NCBI GenBank assembly: GCA_040901675.1
Contig: JBBDYJ010000030.1
Coordinates: 1 to 64,000 of the forward strand
Length of the DNA stretch: 64,000 bases
Direction: 5' to 3'
Origin: Pirellulales bacterium
GTDB lineage: Bacteria; Planctomycetota; Planctomycetia; Pirellulales; JAICIG01
The notes under the pieces were generated by a model. That model ran no database searches, was not told where the DNA came from, and worked only from the letters and a program-made list of their open reading frames with translations. The translations under genes and the position numbers were made by a program. Below, piece by piece: positions 60,831 through 64,000 of the stretch (position 1 is its first letter; the number at the start of each line of letters is the position of its first letter).

Positions 60831-61910
60831 ATGCTGCAACCCACACGCATTCCGCTGCCGCTCTTGATCACCGGCGTGGCCGGCGTCGCCGGGTACAACG
60901 CCCTGGCCTGGTTTCAATCGCGGTATCCCGGGCAAGTGATCGGCATCCGCCAGCGCGACAACTTCCGGCTCGTCGGCCCGGCAGTGGTGGCGTGCGACGC
61001 CGAGGACCGCGAAGGCCTGGAAAAACTGTTCCACCGCCATCGCTTCCAGAGCGTTTTGAACTGCGCCGGTAACTGCGCGCTGCGCGCCTGCGAGCTCGAC
61101 CCTCGCCTGGCCTGGCGGATCAACGTCGAGGGGGTCGAGAACCTGCTGACCGTCATCCGCGGCCACGAGCGGCTGGTCCACCTCTCGATCGACCTGGTCT
61201 TCTCCGGCAACGGCGGGGGCGGAATCAAGGAAGACCAGCCGGCCGATCCGGTCACCGTCTATGGCAAGACGATGGTGGCCGCCGAGCATCTGCTCTGCGA
61301 TCGATTCCCGGCGGCCTGCCTGCTGCGGATCTCGCTGCCGATGGGCATCAGCTTCAACGGCCACGCCGGCGCGATCGACTGGATCCAGTCGCGCTTCAAG
61401 AAATCGAAGCCGGCCACGCTTTACTTCGACGAGATCCGCACGCCTGCCTACACCGATTGCCTCAATCGCCTGTGCGAAACCATGCTGGGCAATTCGCTGG
61501 CCGGCCTGTTTCACGCCGGCGGCCCACGGCCTTTGAGCCTCTACCAGATCGCCCAGATCATCAATCGCGTCGGCGGTTACGATCCCGACCACCTGATGGG
61601 GTGCCCGCGGCGGCAGGCAGGTCCTATTCCTCCACGGGCCGGCAACGTGGCGATGGACTCCGGCAAACTCATCGCGGCGCTCGGGCATGCTCCCTTCGAT
61701 CCCTGGCCTCGGTATGATGAACTGGTGCCGACCCACCCCGAGTGGCACCGCGAGCGGCCGGCCGGACAGCCGGCTTCGCGCGACTACCTGGCGCAGGTGC
61801 TTTATCGCAACCCGGCCCCCGGCTCGACTGAGCTCGCGACTCGACTGAGCTCGCCGAAGTCCGAAGTCCGGGACGATTGGCCCGCACGCCCGGCCTCGTC
61901 CTGTGCCTGA
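60831..61910 (+). CDS. RmlD-like NAD(P)-dependent sugar-nucleotide reductase (extended SDR)
   Basis: LITG..G..G, CE..P..A..IN, S.D.VF.G, YGK. Confidence 0.75.
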   Translation: MLQPTRIPLPLLITGVAGVAGYNALAWFQSRYPGQVIGIRQRDNFRLVGPAVVACDAEDREGLEKLFHRHRFQSVLNCAGNCALRACELDPRLAWRINVEGVENLLTVIRGHERLVHLSIDLVFSGNGGGGIKEDQPADPVTVYGKTMVAAEHLLCDRFPAACLLRISLPMGISFNGHAGAIDWIQSRFKKSKPATLYFDEIRTPAYTDCLNRLCETMLGNSLAGLFHAGGPRPLSLYQIAQIINRVGGYDPDHLMGCPRRQAGPIPPRAGNVAMDSGKLIAALGHAPFDPWPRYDELVPTHPEWHRERPAGQPASRDYLAQVLYRNPAPGSTELATRLSSPKSEVRDDWPARPASSCA

Positions 61911-61949
61911 CTCTGTCCGCTGCGACCCGGTCGAGAGGGGGCGATGCCG

Positions 61950-63095
61950 ATGAAATCGAGCTTCATCCGCCAGCTTCACGCCACTGGGACCCGGATCGTG
62001 CTGGCCGTCACCGGCGGCGGCAGCGGAGCCATCTCGGCCCTGCTCGAGGTGCCCGGTGCCTCGCAGACGGTGCTCGAAGCGGTGGTCCCCTACTCGGCCC
62101 AGGCGCTGGCCGACTGGCTGGGCGCCACGCCCGAGCAGTTCTCGAGCGCCCGCACCGCCCGGAGCATGGCCATGGCCGGATATCAACGGGCGCTGCGGTA
62201 CGCCCGACTCGAGCAGCAACCGGGGCCGGTGGCCGGCGTGGCTTGCACCGCCAGCTTGGCCAGCAATCGACCGAAGCGGGGACCGCACCGCATCCACGCG
62301 GCCTGGCAGACCGCCTCGGTCACGGCCGAGTGGTCGCTGGAGTTGGTCAAGGGCCACCGCGCGCGGATCGAGGAAGAGCGGATCGCCGCGGCGGCGGTGC
62401 TCAACATGGCCGCACAAGCCTGCGGCCTCGACGAACAGATCAAGCTGGCACTGCTCGACGAGGAACAGCCGGCTTCGGCGAGCGTCTCTGCGCCTACGGG
62501 CTGGCAGGAGCTGCTTGCGGGCGAGCTCGACGCGGCGGCGGCGCACGCGGACATGGCGGCGGGGCTCCATATTCGGCCAGGCAGCCGGCGGGCGATTTTT
62601 CCCGGCGCGTTCGACCCTCTGCACGAGGCGCACCGCGACATGGCCTCGCTGGCCGCCAAGCGGCTGGGGTTGCTGGTCGAGTACGAGCTTTCGATCCTCA
62701 ACGTCGATAAGCCACCGCTCGATTTTATCGAGATGGACCGGCGCGCGGGGCAGTTCGAGAAGCGCGAAACGCTGTGGTTCACGCGGGCGGCGACCTTTGT
62801 CGAAAAGGCCGCCTTGTTTCAACCGGCGACCTTTATCGTCGGCGCCGACACGATCGCCCGCATTGCCGATCCGAAGTACTACGGGGGCGACCGTCGAACG
62901 TGCGAGCAGGCGATCGACCGGATTGCGGCGGCCAGCGGCCGGTTCCTCGTGTTTGGCCGCCTCGTGGGCGGCGAGTTTCAGTCACTGTCGAGCCTCGAGC
63001 TTCCCCCGCCGCTGGCGGACCTTTGCGAGGAGGTGCCCGCCGGCCAGTTCCGCCGGGACATCGCGTCCACTCAATTGCGCCAGGCAGACGGGTGA
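61950..63095 (+). CDS. CinA/PncC-like domain fused to a cytidylyltransferase (NadD-like) domain
   Basis: TGGG..AI..L..VPGAS...LE..VPYS; FPGAFDPLHEAH; NVDKP; VGADT..R; terminal STQLR. Confidence 0.75.
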   Translation: MKSSFIRQLHATGTRIVLAVTGGGSGAISALLEVPGASQTVLEAVVPYSAQALADWLGATPEQFSSARTARSMAMAGYQRALRYARLEQQPGPVAGVACTASLASNRPKRGPHRIHAAWQTASVTAEWSLELVKGHRARIEEERIAAAAVLNMAAQACGLDEQIKLALLDEEQPASASVSAPTGWQELLAGELDAAAAHADMAAGLHIRPGSRRAIFPGAFDPLHEAHRDMASLAAKRLGLLVEYELSILNVDKPPLDFIEMDRRAGQFEKRETLWFTRAATFVEKAALFQPATFIVGADTIARIADPKYYGGDRRTCEQAIDRIAAASGRFLVFGRLVGGEFQSLSSLELPPPLADLCEEVPAGQFRRDIASTQLRQADG

Positions 63096-63153
63096 GCAAA
63101 CCAAAGGACCACCTGCCGCTGTAATCCTCCCTCGTCGCGCTTTCGTGTTGCTG

Positions 63154-64000
63154 CTACTCTTGTAGATAGAGCCACACGAAGCCCGTTCGATCTTCTTTGA
63201 TAAACTCGGCGCGTTGGGCGTGCAGCTTTTGGATCTTCGCGCTGTACTCCTGGAGCTTCTGCTGGTCGCCGGCAGCGGCACGGTACTCTTCCGAGACTTT
63301 GGCGAGGTCGTCCTGCCACTGCGATTGCTTCTTGTCCAACTCTTCCTTGGTCAGGCCGTTGGCCACAGCGGCGAGCGTGACCGAGTCGCCGACCAGCACG
63401 TCCAGTTTGCCATCGGCATTGACGTCGTCCACCCAAACTCGCGTCGAGCCGGTGGGGCCGGTCAGCTCGTCTTCACCGAGTGGTTCGCCGTATTGGATCC
63501 GCTGACCAGGCTTGATCAGATCGCGGAAGGGCTCAAGTGCGGGCGCTTCGCCGGCACGGGCTGCATTTTCAGCCCACTGGACGCCGCCAGCACTCGATCC
63601 GCTGACGAGATCGATGTCGCCATCGTTATCCCAGTCCACCGGGAAAGGGTCGCTGTGATGGCCTTGGATCTTTAGCGGGCCGTTATCCGTCATAATCTGC
63701 TTCGGCTCCGGCAAAAAGCGGCCCTGGCCTTCGCCGGTAAAGACGTAGAAGCTGCCGGCGAAATTGCCCACGACCAGGTCAAGCTCACCGTCTCGATCCC
63801 AATCGACGGCCGACGGTCGCGTGCAGATGTTCTCGATAATCGATTCTTTGTCGGCGGGGATGATCAGCGGCTCGCGGTCCGTGCCCTCCAGCACGGAGGC
63901 CTGGCTGAACGTGCCGTCCGGCTTGCCCCAGAGAACCTGGAACAATCCGGCCATCGGCTGCGACATGCGAGAGTACGAACCCGAGAGAATATCGTTGTAC
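63154..64000 (-). CDS. FG-GAP/VCBS repeat protein (5' end outside the window)
   Basis: DWD.DG.LDL repeats; frame stays open to the window edge (YNDILSGSYSRM). Confidence 0.8.
   Translation of the reverse strand, partial: YNDILSGSYSRMSQPMAGLFQVLWGKPDGTFSQASVLEGTDREPLIIPADKESIIENICTRPSAVDWDRDGELDLVVGNFAGSFYVFTGEGQGRFLPEPKQIMTDNGPLKIQGHHSDPFPVDWDNDGDIDLVSGSSAGGVQWAENAARAGEAPALEPFRDLIKPGQRIQYGEPLGEDELTGPTGSTRVWVDDVNADGKLDVLVGDSVTLAAVANGLTKEELDKKQSQWQDDLAKVSEEYRAAAGDQQKLQEYSAKIQKLHAQRAEFIKEDRTGFVWLYLQE

Noticed and set aside
59784..62822. 1012-aa minus-strand ORF and other long antisense ORFs (e.g. 31734-33542, 44419-45999, 47648-49366)
   Set aside because: Shadow ORFs opposite well-supported genes in high-GC DNA; no recognisable motifs.

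Overview
GC-rich bacterial DNA, very probably from a planctomycete (Pirellulales-like), judged from DUF1501/DUF1800, PSD1-cytochrome c, DUF1559/1570/1598-like genes and an ECF sigma plus WD40 Ser/Thr kinase pair. All family calls come from motif recognition by eye; no database search was run. The right third (44-64 kb) is mostly core and metabolic: rpsA, infC with a probable ATC start, a sugar-acid catabolic operon, and NAD salvage (pncA, pncB, a CinA/nucleotidyltransferase fusion). The left two thirds is a heavily scarred accessory region. It holds (i) dispersed RNA-repair-type parts on the minus strand: HNH nuclease followed by an atypical tRNA-Cys, an RNA ligase with an HD/P-loop end-healing enzyme, and two RlaP-like nucleotidyltransferases flanking an ART-like gene; (ii) several toxin-antitoxin modules: HipBST with three operators, DUF433/DUF5615, a DUF4160-like/HTH pair, an orphan Phd-like gene, and an antitoxin-MazF remnant between 135-bp direct repeats that the ORF track misses; (iii) a metal-stress block; and (iv) several REP-like and short-repeat families that bracket captured gene fragments and appear to supply start and stop codons to host genes. 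No CRISPR array, rRNA, transposase, integrase or reverse transcriptase was seen.
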